Shown here: positions 16,092 through 24,511 of the stretch, in pieces
Layout: each line of letters starts with the position of its first letter
Numbering within the stretch: position 1 is the first letter of the stretch
Assembly: GCA_016215305.1 (NCBI GenBank)
Contig: JACRKI010000006.1
Coordinates: forward strand, 1 to 28,909
Direction: 5' to 3'
DNA length: 28,909 nucleotides
From: Candidatus Woesearchaeota archaeon
GTDB lineage: Archaea; Nanobdellota; Nanobdellia; Woesearchaeales; DSVV01
Translations under genes and position numbers: made by a program
Notes under the pieces: generated by a model
What the model was told of the DNA's origin: nothing
The model's input: the letters and a program-made list of their open reading frames with translations, nothing else
The model's database searches: none

Positions 16092-17570
16092 ATGACAACG
16101 TCATTTATCTCCCGCACGATGTGCACACAGCATCCAGACAACATCTCTCTTCCTTTTTTTGCCCAAAACGCTGTGCTTGCAGGCGATGATGAAATCAAAG
16201 AAGCATTCTACTCCTTCAGCCACATCGGCAGCAACGAACAGCTCTGGGATTGCGAGGGAAAAGAGGTAGACAATTTTGTCGTCAAGAAATTATTGACTTC
16301 CTACGAACCATATTTTCGCAGGCATGTGCTCGGAAAAGATAAACATCTCACGATTCGCGTTCCAAACCCCGCAGTTGAAAAAAATGAAGCAAAGATTGTT
16401 CTTGAAGTTCTTGAAAGTATTCCCCGCAACTTTGATGTGAACAACGCGTTTTATCAGGATGACACTCCTCCCATTACAGAAGTTTTTGTTCCCATGGTCA
16501 CGAAAGCAGAAGACGTGATTCGCATGAAAGAATATTACAAGCGGTTTGTTGTTGGCAAAAAAATACTGCCAGTTACTACAGGAGACATTACTGTCGGCGA
16601 ATGGATCGGGAAATTTAAACCAGACGATATTTCTGTCACTCCTCTTCTCGAAGATAAAGAAAGCATGCTCAACGTTGCTTCCATTGTTGAGAAATATGTG
16701 ACTTCTCAAAAGATTACTGGTCATCAACGCGTCTGGTTTGCGCGCAGCGATCCCGCACTCAATTATTCTTCCACCGCAACTGTGCTTATTGAAAAAATCG
16801 CGCTCCAACGGCTTCATCAGTTACAAGAGAAACTCTCTGTTGATTTTTATCCCATTCTTGGTTGCGGGAGCGCGCCATTCAGAGGGAACATGCGTCCTCA
16901 AACTGTCGCGAGCACGCTGAAAGCATATCCAAGCGTGCAGACATTTACCCTGCAGTCTTCATTCCGCTATGATCATCCTATTCGCGAAGTCCGAGATGCT
17001 GTTGATATCTTAAATGAAACAAAACGCAGCCACCCTCTTCTTGTCGAAGAAGAGAAAATACTTGCACTTATTGAGAAAATGGAAAAAGCGTATCAAAAAC
17101 AAGTTGCATTACTCGCGCCTATGATTAACAAATTGTCTGTCCATGTTCCTTCCCGTCGAAAACGAAAACTTCATGTTGGATTGTTTGGATATTCCCGCAG
17201 TCAAGGATCTCTCCAGTTACCCCGCGCAATTCCTTTTGTTTGTTCTCTTTATTCTGTCGGACTTCCTCCAGAAATTCTCGGGCTCGACGCTGTGGATTCT
17301 AAAGATGTGGAAACTATTGAAACAGTCTATCCTTCGTTTCAGAAAGATTATCAGTCTTTCATGCCCTACTTGAATGAAGACAATCTGAAATATTTGCCGC
17401 GTGAATTCGCTTCTGTTGTTGCACATGTCAAAAAATTGTTTCCCTATGAAGAGAATCATGCGCACAAGAAAATCACTTCTATTATCATGCAGGATCTTGG
17501 AAACGAAAATATGCAGCTTGTCAAAGAGAACATGGAACGCGCCGCGTTTGTCCGCGGATTTTTGGGTTGA
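16092..17570 (+). CDS. ppcA: Archaeal-type phosphoenolpyruvate carboxylase
   Basis: MCTQHPDN, RVWFARSDPALNY, GCGSAPFRG, RKRKLHVGLFGYSR, PRAIPF; 492 aa. Confidence 0.95.
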   Translation: MTTSFISRTMCTQHPDNISLPFFAQNAVLAGDDEIKEAFYSFSHIGSNEQLWDCEGKEVDNFVVKKLLTSYEPYFRRHVLGKDKHLTIRVPNPAVEKNEAKIVLEVLESIPRNFDVNNAFYQDDTPPITEVFVPMVTKAEDVIRMKEYYKRFVVGKKILPVTTGDITVGEWIGKFKPDDISVTPLLEDKESMLNVASIVEKYVTSQKITGHQRVWFARSDPALNYSSTATVLIEKIALQRLHQLQEKLSVDFYPILGCGSAPFRGNMRPQTVASTLKAYPSVQTFTLQSSFRYDHPIREVRDAVDILNETKRSHPLLVEEEKILALIEKMEKAYQKQVALLAPMINKLSVHVPSRRKRKLHVGLFGYSRSQGSLQLPRAIPFVCSLYSVGLPPEILGLDAVDSKDVETIETVYPSFQKDYQSFMPYLNEDNLKYLPREFASVVAHVKKLFPYEENHAHKKITSIIMQDLGNENMQLVKENMERAAFVRGFLG

Positions 17571-17703
17571 TTGATACTGTCTTTTCTATCCTTATATATT
17601 CCTGCTTTTCCTTAAAGGTGTAGGATTTTCTTTATAGTTTCTCTTTGTTTTTCACTACCGCAGGGTGTAAAATTTATATATTACTTATGTTCTCTATTCA
17701 TTT

Positions 17704-18441
17704 ATGACTACCCCGCATCCTTATTTAATTGAGCAGGTTTGTTCTGGTGAGATTCCTGTACTTCCTCCAAGCAAAAAAAAATATGCTCTTCTTATTCGTT
17801 CAGGATCAACAATGGGCGGTGCATCTCTTTCCTCCACAATTCTTAACTTAGTCAGTCATCATGATTATCACAATATTGAAATTATTGAACCTTGTGGAAG
17901 TCCAGGTTTTGATGGGAGCGGATTTGCTCAACGTGTCGCATATATTCCCCGGCTTTGCGAAAGAATTCGCGAATTAGCAAAAGATATTGCAGAGGATAGT
18001 ATTCTTCAGATTTCTTATTTTGGTCCTCTCGTGAGAGATGGTTCAGATTTTATTATTCCCTCTTCTGATGGAAATGTTCGAGGACGTGATTTAATTTCTT
18101 CATTGGCTTTTGTCGCTTCCCATTCTAATATTCATTATGTCGGCTCAGAGGGTCAATATGCAGGGAACTTTGCCCGACTCATCGCAGGAATAGAACATGC
18201 TGATCTTGGAGCGCGCCATATTGCTGTTTCTCCTTCTATTCCAGATGCAGTTGATGAAGCATATTATTCTCGACGTGCTTTTCACGAACAATTTTTTGGG
18301 AGATCACGCCATAGTTCTCTTGATGCGCGTTTTCGCGCTTCTGCACAAAAACAAGCAGAAGCAGCTTTTTCTCATGGATTGCCTTCTTCTCATGCGTATC
18401 TTGCATATGGTCAGGTTTCTCCACTCCATGCTTGTCTTTAA
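17704..18441 (+). CDS. Hypothetical protein, possible inactive caspase/legumain (clan CD) fold
   Basis: Motif order KYALLI..LQISYFGPL..FIIPSSDG..YVGSEGQYAGNF..IAVSPS..AF resembles C14/C13 but lacks the His-Cys dyad; TATA at 17673. Confidence 0.45.
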   Translation: MTTPHPYLIEQVCSGEIPVLPPSKKKYALLIRSGSTMGGASLSSTILNLVSHHDYHNIEIIEPCGSPGFDGSGFAQRVAYIPRLCERIRELAKDIAEDSILQISYFGPLVRDGSDFIIPSSDGNVRGRDLISSLAFVASHSNIHYVGSEGQYAGNFARLIAGIEHADLGARHIAVSPSIPDAVDEAYYSRRAFHEQFFGRSRHSSLDARFRASAQKQAEAAFSHGLPSSHAYLAYGQVSPLHACL

Positions 18442-18998
18442 TTCTCCAGAACTTTCTTCGCCAGCGCTAATCCCAACGGCGTGACCAAATCTGTATTTTG
18501 TTTCTTCAACTGCTCTTCTGCGTCTTTCCAGGAATATTCAAAGACAGAAAGCGTTTCCAACTCGTCCAATTTTGGTTCACTTGTCTTTTCACATTCTTCC
18601 GCGAGAAAAAAATGATAGTAATGCGTGAGTCGTCCTGGTGATCCTGCGAATTTTCCTAATGGCGTCCATTTTTTTGAGGTGTAGCCTGTTTCTTCCTGCA
18701 ATTCTCGTTTCGCTGCAGCAAATGGCTCCTCTCCTTTGTCAATGTAGCCGCAGGGAAGCTGGAGAATTTCATGCTGGACTCCATGCTTGTATTCTTTGAC
18801 TAACACTACTTTCTTCTCTTTCTTATTTTGTTCTTCTTTTTCTTTTGTGATTGCAATAACACAACTCACATCCTGAATTTCCATGACATAATATTCGTCA
18901 ATCTTTTTTCCTGTCTGCGTGATGCAGCTTTCTTTTCGCAGCGCAATCCAATTATTTTTTTCGAGATATTGTGTTGTTAGGGTTTTCCATTTGGTCAT
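18438..18998 (-). CDS. NUDIX hydrolase (ADP-ribose pyrophosphatase-like)
   Basis: Nudix box GYIDKGEEPFAAAKRELQEETGY; start moved to MTKWK (ATG 18998). Confidence 0.92.
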   Translation of the reverse strand: MTKWKTLTTQYLEKNNWIALRKESCITQTGKKIDEYYVMEIQDVSCVIAITKEKEEQNKKEKKVVLVKEYKHGVQHEILQLPCGYIDKGEEPFAAAKRELQEETGYTSKKWTPLGKFAGSPGRLTHYYHFFLAEECEKTSEPKLDELETLSVFEYSWKDAEEQLKKQNTDLVTPLGLALAKKVLEN

Positions 18999-19083
18999 AG
19001 TGTTGAAATTCCTTTCCTCTTTATATTGTTTCTTTATTTTATTATTGACCACAATAATTATTTTTTGATATAATAATAATAAT

Positions 19084-19159
19084 ATGAAGATACTTTGGGC
19101 TTTGCTCAAAGGATTACTAACGTGTTCGTTAGAAATACCTATGCGATGCTAGTTCGTGT
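19084..19159 (+). repeat. Repeat family C, filled copy C2
   Basis: ATGAAGATACTTTGGGCTTTGCTCAAAGGATTACTAA identical to C1; ends TAGTTCGTGT; extra GTTCGTGT at 19173-19180. Confidence 0.9.
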
Positions 19160-19276
19160 ACTTTTTCTGCAAGTTCGTGTGAAAAAATTTAGTTTGTGAA
19201 AAGAATCCACATCAAAAATCCGCACAACTCCAATCAGTTACTAAAATTTATAAACCACTCCACAGAACTACACTCC

Positions 19277-19954
19277 ATGAAACTCTACAAAACATCATAT
19301 CAAGGAAATCCTAATGTTGGTCTTTATGGTTTTGCGACAGACAATTATTGTCTGCTCGCTCCAGAATTTCCGCCAGAACAAGTCAAAAAAATAGAAGAAG
19401 CACTCCACGTTCCCGCCTATCAAATCCGCGTTGCAAACAGTTCGCTTCTCGGCGCGCTTGTCACAGGAAACGATACTGTGCTTCTTATTCCATCCATTGT
19501 TCGCGAGGATGAACTTTTCCGTCTCAAACAACTCAAAATCCCATATCATATCATTTCCACAAAATTGACTGCTCTCGGCAATAACATTTTATGCAACAAC
19601 AATGGCGCGCTTGTCAATCGCGATTACAGCGCTGACACCAAGAAAATTATTCGTCAAGCACTCAACGTCACGCTTCATCCTGGAGAAATTGCGGACACGA
19701 CAGTTCCAGGAAGCTGCGTTGTGCATAACAAAAAAGCCGCTGTCATCCACGCTTTTGCAACTCAAGAACAAATCAAAGAAGTTGAAGATTTGCTTGGCGT
19801 GACTTGCGTCAAAGCAACAGCGAACTTTGGAAGCCCCTATCTCCGCAGCGGCGTTATTGCAAATTCCTTTGGAATGGTTATTGGCGAGAATTCTACAGGA
19901 ATTGAAATTGAAAACATTTATGAAGCTTTAGGATTCTTAGACCAGAATGAATAA
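19277..19954 (+). CDS. eif6: Translation initiation factor aIF6
   Basis: GNPNVGLYGFA, SSLLGAL..GN, TALGNNILCN, TANFGSPYLRSG..NSFG.V.G..TGIE; start moved to MKLYK (ATG 19277, TATA at 19247). Confidence 0.95.
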   Translation: MKLYKTSYQGNPNVGLYGFATDNYCLLAPEFPPEQVKKIEEALHVPAYQIRVANSSLLGALVTGNDTVLLIPSIVREDELFRLKQLKIPYHIISTKLTALGNNILCNNNGALVNRDYSADTKKIIRQALNVTLHPGEIADTTVPGSCVVHNKKAAVIHAFATQEQIKEVEDLLGVTCVKATANFGSPYLRSGVIANSFGMVIGENSTGIEIENIYEALGFLDQNE

Positions 19955-20876
19955 TCCAATCATTTTTGTCACGTTCTTCATTTCTTCTATCGGACTCTTT
20001 ATAGGAAGCATTATTGATCTCAAGACTCGTGAAATCCCTGATATGCTCAGCTTTGGACTTCTTGCGCTCGGATTTGGAATTTCTATCATTGCTTCTCTGT
20101 TTTATGTGGATTTTTCTTATATTATTTCTTCTCTGCTTGGCTTTTTATTTTGCTTTCTTTTTTCGCTCATTATGTTTTACACCGGACAGTGGGGCGGCGG
20201 AGACGCGAAAATGCTCATGGCATTAGGCGCATTGATTGGATTTTCTCTCCAAGATGTTCTTTCGCTTTTCTCTTTTTCTTATTTTTCTTCTTCACTTTTG
20301 TTTTCTTCATTTTCTGTGTTCCTTACTTCTTTTCCGTTTCTCGTTGTTTTTCTCTTGCTTGTCTTTTTTGTTGGAGGATTGTATGGTCTTGTCTGGCTTC
20401 TTGCACTCCTTCTTATTCATAGAAAAACATTCTTTCCAAAATACGCTGCTTTTCTTCTTTCCTCTGCTCAAAAAAAACAGCAGTTGATTTTATGGAGCAT
20501 TGCAATTATTCTTGTTCTTTCTTCTTTTTTCTTCTTTGATCTCTCTTTTTTCATTGCATTCCTTGTCTGCCTTTTCCTTGTTTTGTTTCTCTCTTATGCG
20601 TATCCCATCATTAAAATTCTCGAAGAAATCGCGTTTGTCAAAGAAATTCCCGTTTCTTTGGTTACAGAAGGCGACTGGCTTTCTGAAGATGTTATTGTTC
20701 ATGGAGAAACTATCGCCAGAAAAAGAGATCTTGGCATTTCTTCTGAACAGCTTCAACGGCTGCACGTTCTTGCTCATGAAGGCAAAATCAAGAAGGTGAA
20801 AGTCAAGTATGGGATTCCATTTGTGCCGAGCTTTTTTATCGCGTTTATCGTTTGTGTTTGGTTGTTTTTTTTCTAA
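19947..20876 (+). CDS. A24-family prepilin/class III signal peptidase
   Basis: DLKTREIPD, GGGDAK, GIPFVPSF, multiple TMs; read directly on the + strand (ATGAATAATCCA at 19947, TAA 20874-20876) although the track labels it minus. Confidence 0.9.
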   Translation: MNNPIIFVTFFISSIGLFIGSIIDLKTREIPDMLSFGLLALGFGISIIASLFYVDFSYIISSLLGFLFCFLFSLIMFYTGQWGGGDAKMLMALGALIGFSLQDVLSLFSFSYFSSSLLFSSFSVFLTSFPFLVVFLLLVFFVGGLYGLVWLLALLLIHRKTFFPKYAAFLLSSAQKKQQLILWSIAIILVLSSFFFFDLSFFIAFLVCLFLVLFLSYAYPIIKILEEIAFVKEIPVSLVTEGDWLSEDVIVHGETIARKRDLGISSEQLQRLHVLAHEGKIKKVKVKYGIPFVPSFFIAFIVCVWLFFF

Positions 20877-20890
20877 AGTTCTCTAAAAAA

Positions 20891-20973
20891 AACACGCACA
20901 AGGAAAAGCGCAAATACCCTAACTTGCATCACGAGATTGGAACAAGCATCGCTGAAGTATCTTTATGTAATTA
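20891..20973 (-). repeat. Repeat family C, diverged copy C4
   Basis: Minus strand TAATTACATAAAGATACTTCAGCGATGCTTGTTCC...TTCCTTGTGCGTGTT aligns with C3. Confidence 0.65.
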
Positions 20974-21299
20974 TTAAAAAAACCAAAAAAATAAATAAAA
21001 ATTATTGTGTTCGCCGGGCGATGCGTGTTCTACCTACGCAGCGAGGTGAATCAAAAGTATTCAGTTCATGAGAAAGCAACGATAAGTGAAAAATAATCTC
21101 ATTTAACCTTTAGAATTGGAGATAATTATACATTTAGAATCCCAAAAGAGTTCACGCAACAGGTGAGCAAAAGAAAAATTGAGATCATTCCTTTGGGCGC
21201 TAAAGAATTTTGTGCGTCTGTGGAATAATAAGGAAATCTAAGAAAATAATGTTTGTGATGAGTAAAACTTTATATATAACTTTATGTTACATGCAGTAT

Positions 21300-21509
21300 A
21301 TGGAAGCAATGACAAAGACGAGGAAGATAGGCGGATCTTTGATAGTTACCATTCCTCAACTTATTGTAAAACATGAAAGTTTAAGAGAAAATCAAATTAT
21401 AACAATTGAGGTAAAGAAAATAAAGAAGAGCGGGTTTGGAATCTCACGCGGATTATCTCCTTTTTCTAAAGAAGACAAGTTTAGAGGACAGTTAGAAGAC
21501 AATGGCTAA
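21300..21509 (+). CDS. vapB: AbrB/MazE-type antitoxin (VapB)
   Basis: MEAMTKTRKIGGSLIVTIP..ENQII.IEV..GFG; start moved to ATG 21300 (TATA at 21269). Confidence 0.85.
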   Translation: MEAMTKTRKIGGSLIVTIPQLIVKHESLRENQIITIEVKKIKKSGFGISRGLSPFSKEDKFRGQLEDNG

Positions 21510-21891
21510 ATTTGTCATAGATGCATATGCTTGGGTTGAATATTTTAATGGAACTACTTTAGGTGAAAAAGTAAAAAAGATAATCGAAAATCCATCTCAT
21601 ACTATTTATACAAATATCATTACTATTGCTGAATTATCAAGTTATTTTGGGAAGCGTGGATATAGTTTTGAAGAACCTAAAAAAATACTTCTTTCTTTAT
21701 CTACTATTTACACTCCTACTGTAGAATTTGCAGAAGAAGTTGGAGCGCTTCATGCAACTATTAAAAAAGAGAGAAAACATATAGGATTGGCAGATATTTT
21801 TGTTTTATCAACTGCAAAAAAGTTAGAAGCAAAGGTAGTTACAGGAGACGAAGATTTTCGCGGATTGAAAGAGGCTCTTATGATAAAATGA
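21502..21891 (+). CDS. vapC: PIN-domain toxin
   Basis: FVIDAYAWVEY, TIAEL, GLADIFV..A, VVTGDEDF; overlaps antitoxin stop. Confidence 0.92.
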   Translation: MAKFVIDAYAWVEYFNGTTLGEKVKKIIENPSHTIYTNIITIAELSSYFGKRGYSFEEPKKILLSLSTIYTPTVEFAEEVGALHATIKKERKHIGLADIFVLSTAKKLEAKVVTGDEDFRGLKEALMIK

Positions 21892-22134
21892 GTTAACCAC
21901 ACTTCTTAATTCTTCTTTTCCTTCATAGGTTGTTGCCACTCGTGGCGTTCCAGTTATCTCCGCAACAACATATCGGTCTAAACCAAACTCAAAAAGTTGT
22001 CTGAATTCGTCAGTAGGATCTCCTGCTTCTGTTTCTTGATGTCCTTTTTCGTGTTTCATATTTCTCTTATTCCGCAAAAATAAAATATGACGTCTCAAAA
22101 CTTCCAAAATATTATATTTTAGTGCATTTACAGT

Positions 22135-23829
22135 TCACGCCAACCCAATCTGTTCCATGACCTTTTCCTTGTCAAACGGCTGCAGATCATTATATCCCTG
22201 TCCTGTGCCGATGTATATGATCGGTTTCTTGGTCACATAACTGATAGACAATGCAGCGCCGCCTTTCTCGTCGACATCCGCCTTCGCAAGAACTATTCCA
22301 TCAATCCCAATCGCTTCATGAAATTTTCTTGCCTGATCCACACAATCATTTCCTGTAATTGCTTCTCCAATGAAGATTTTGAGATCTGGTTTTGTGACTC
22401 GAATTATTTTTTTCATTTCATCCATCAAATTGACATTGCTATGCAGTCTTCCTGCTGTGTCGATAAGAACGCAGTCAACATTATGCGCTTGCGCGTATTT
22501 AATTGCGTCAAATCCAACTGCAGCTGGATCTGAACCATAATCATGTTTAATCATTTTAATGTGCAATCTGTTTGCGTGCTCTTCAAGCTGCTGAATCGCC
22601 GCTGCGCGGAAGGTATCTCCTGCTGCAATCACGCAGCTCAAGTTATTCTCCTTTAACTTATGCGCCATTTTTGCAATCGTAGTTGTTTTTCCAGACCCGT
22701 TAATGCCGACAAAAACAATAACAAACGGCTTTTTCTCTTTTACTCTTTCTATAAAGTCAATGCCTGGCACGTCAAATGTCTGCTCCACAGATTTTTGCAA
22801 TGATCTGAGGATAATATCATTGATTTCTCCTCTTAAAATCTTCTTTTCCACAAGGTCTTTTTTGAGGTTCTGCTTCATTAATTCTATAACCTCCACCGCG
22901 ACATTATTTTCGAGGAGCACCATTTCAAGCTCCCAGAATAACTCCTCAAATTTTTCCTCTGACAATGATGTTTTGAATATGGTATTTTTTAATGCGCTAA
23001 AAAATCCTGATTCTTCTTTTTCTTCTTCGACAGTTTCTCTTTTTGTTTCTTCATGATTTGTCCCTGGCTTTTCCTGAATCTCAAAAATTGTTTCTCCTTC
23101 TTCAGTTTCTGTGACGACAGGGATTATTTCCTCTTCTGGTTCTTCTTTCGCTGCTTTTTCTTCCTGCTCTTTCTTTTCTTTAAACGCTTCTTCAAATTCT
23201 TTAAGTTCATCCTCTGATGTCTCAAATGGTTTTGCTGCACTTTCCTTTTCTTCTTCTCTCTCTTCTTTTGCGGTAAACTTCTCTTTTAATCGCGCAAAAA
23301 ATCCTTTCTGTTCCTCTTTTGATTTTTCTTCCATTTGAAACTCTTTCTGAGTTTCTACTGCAGTGCGAACCTTTGATTTGGAATGTTTCTTCTCTTCTTT
23401 TTGTTTTATTTCTTTACTCTGTTTCTCTGCTTTATTCTTTGTTTCCTTCTCCTCTGCTTTTTTTGCAGTTATTCTTTCTATCTCTTTCTCCCCTTCTTTA
23501 ATTTTCCTTGCAAGAACTTCTTTCTGAACTTCTTTCCTTTCTGCTTGAGCTGGAAATTTTTCCTCTACTTCTATTTTCTTTTCTACAACATCAACATGTT
23601 TCTTCTCGAGAATAACTTCTTCCTTTGGTTTTGGAACTTCTTTCTCTTTTGTAAACTTTTCTTTAAGTTTGCTGAAAAATCCCTTCTTTTCTTCCTTTTC
23701 TTTTTTTATCTCTTCAATGATTTCTTTCTTCTGCTCTTCTGTCGGTTCAACTTTCTCTGTTGCTTTGTCTACTTCTTTCGTGAACTTCTCAACAGTCTGC
23801 TTCAGCTTTTCTTTCAAAAATCCAAACAT
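22135..23829 (-). CDS. ftsY: SRP receptor FtsY with long charged N-terminal extension
   Basis: GINGSGKTTTIAK, AAGDTFRAAA, DTAGR, KADVDEKGG, GTGQ.YNDL. Confidence 0.97.
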   Translation of the reverse strand: MFGFLKEKLKQTVEKFTKEVDKATEKVEPTEEQKKEIIEEIKKEKEEKKGFFSKLKEKFTKEKEVPKPKEEVILEKKHVDVVEKKIEVEEKFPAQAERKEVQKEVLARKIKEGEKEIERITAKKAEEKETKNKAEKQSKEIKQKEEKKHSKSKVRTAVETQKEFQMEEKSKEEQKGFFARLKEKFTAKEEREEEKESAAKPFETSEDELKEFEEAFKEKKEQEEKAAKEEPEEEIIPVVTETEEGETIFEIQEKPGTNHEETKRETVEEEKEESGFFSALKNTIFKTSLSEEKFEELFWELEMVLLENNVAVEVIELMKQNLKKDLVEKKILRGEINDIILRSLQKSVEQTFDVPGIDFIERVKEKKPFVIVFVGINGSGKTTTIAKMAHKLKENNLSCVIAAGDTFRAAAIQQLEEHANRLHIKMIKHDYGSDPAAVGFDAIKYAQAHNVDCVLIDTAGRLHSNVNLMDEMKKIIRVTKPDLKIFIGEAITGNDCVDQARKFHEAIGIDGIVLAKADVDEKGGAALSISYVTKKPIIYIGTGQGYNDLQPFDKEKVMEQIGLA

Positions 23830-23967
23830 TAAAAAAATTCATGCATTCGAACAGCGGCTTGGGGCAGTTCACTTCGTTCCTGCCTGATACGTGTTCTCAT
23901 GAAGAATTTTTCACCTCTCCAATTTTTTTCTTTCATTGTATTTTTATTCATTCTTCTTCTTAACTTC

Positions 23968-24432
23968 CTATTCTTCTTTTGTCAATGCCATTAACTCTGT
24001 CTCTATTCGCTGCTGATGAATAAGGAGGATTTGTATGTTTTGCTGCATTGTCTTTTCATATCCATTAATTTCATTCTGCTGCTTTTGAATTAACGCGACC
24101 GCGTCCTTCATATTTTTCGGGACAACAACATTGTCGCCTACATTCATCAGCACTTCATTTGTCTCTTTAATCTCTGCCTTAACAAAAATACCTGAACTAA
24201 TCGGGACAAACATTTCACTTCCGACTTTTGTCTCCTGAATCGCATGAACTGCTTCTTTTAATGTTTCAAGTTCTTCTGTCTGTTTTTTAAGCGTTTCACT
24301 CTGCTCGCTCATCTTTCCTAATTGTTCCTGCAGCATTTGATACTCCATATATTTTTCCTGCAATGCCTGCTGGAGCTCTTCTTGTGATTGTTTCTGTTTT
24401 GTGATTTCTTCTTTCTTTGTCTCTTTTTTCAT
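23968..24432 (-). CDS. pfdA: Prefoldin alpha subunit
   Basis: Coiled coils flanking EMFVPISSGIFVKAEI..EVLMNVGDNVVVPK; conserved neighbour of ftsY. Confidence 0.93.
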   Translation of the reverse strand: MKKETKKEEITKQKQSQEELQQALQEKYMEYQMLQEQLGKMSEQSETLKKQTEELETLKEAVHAIQETKVGSEMFVPISSGIFVKAEIKETNEVLMNVGDNVVVPKNMKDAVALIQKQQNEINGYEKTMQQNIQILLIHQQRIETELMALTKEE

Positions 24433-24511
24433 GATTGTTCCCTCGATGTTCTTTTTCTTATTTTCTTTTCTAGTGCGTGAGTTGTACGAGTGCCATAAAA
24501 TAGTGACTTAC

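Noticed and set aside
19947-20876. ORF-track minus-strand label for the A24 peptidase (and for 4475-4699)
   Set aside because: The listed peptides read directly from the + strand (ATG AAT AAT CCA at 19947; TTG GCT TTT CCG at 4475), so the labels are wrong; 4475-4699 is in any case a shadow ORF antisense to the coiled-coil gene
11180-20973. CRISPR array interpretation of repeat family C
   Set aside because: Copies are kilobases apart, with no regular repeat-spacer periodicity and no cas genes
21097-21228. Reading frame SHLTFRIGDNYTFRIPKEF.. resembling an AbrB strand motif
   Set aside because: No start codon, only 43 codons and weak similarity; may be a relic but cannot be supported
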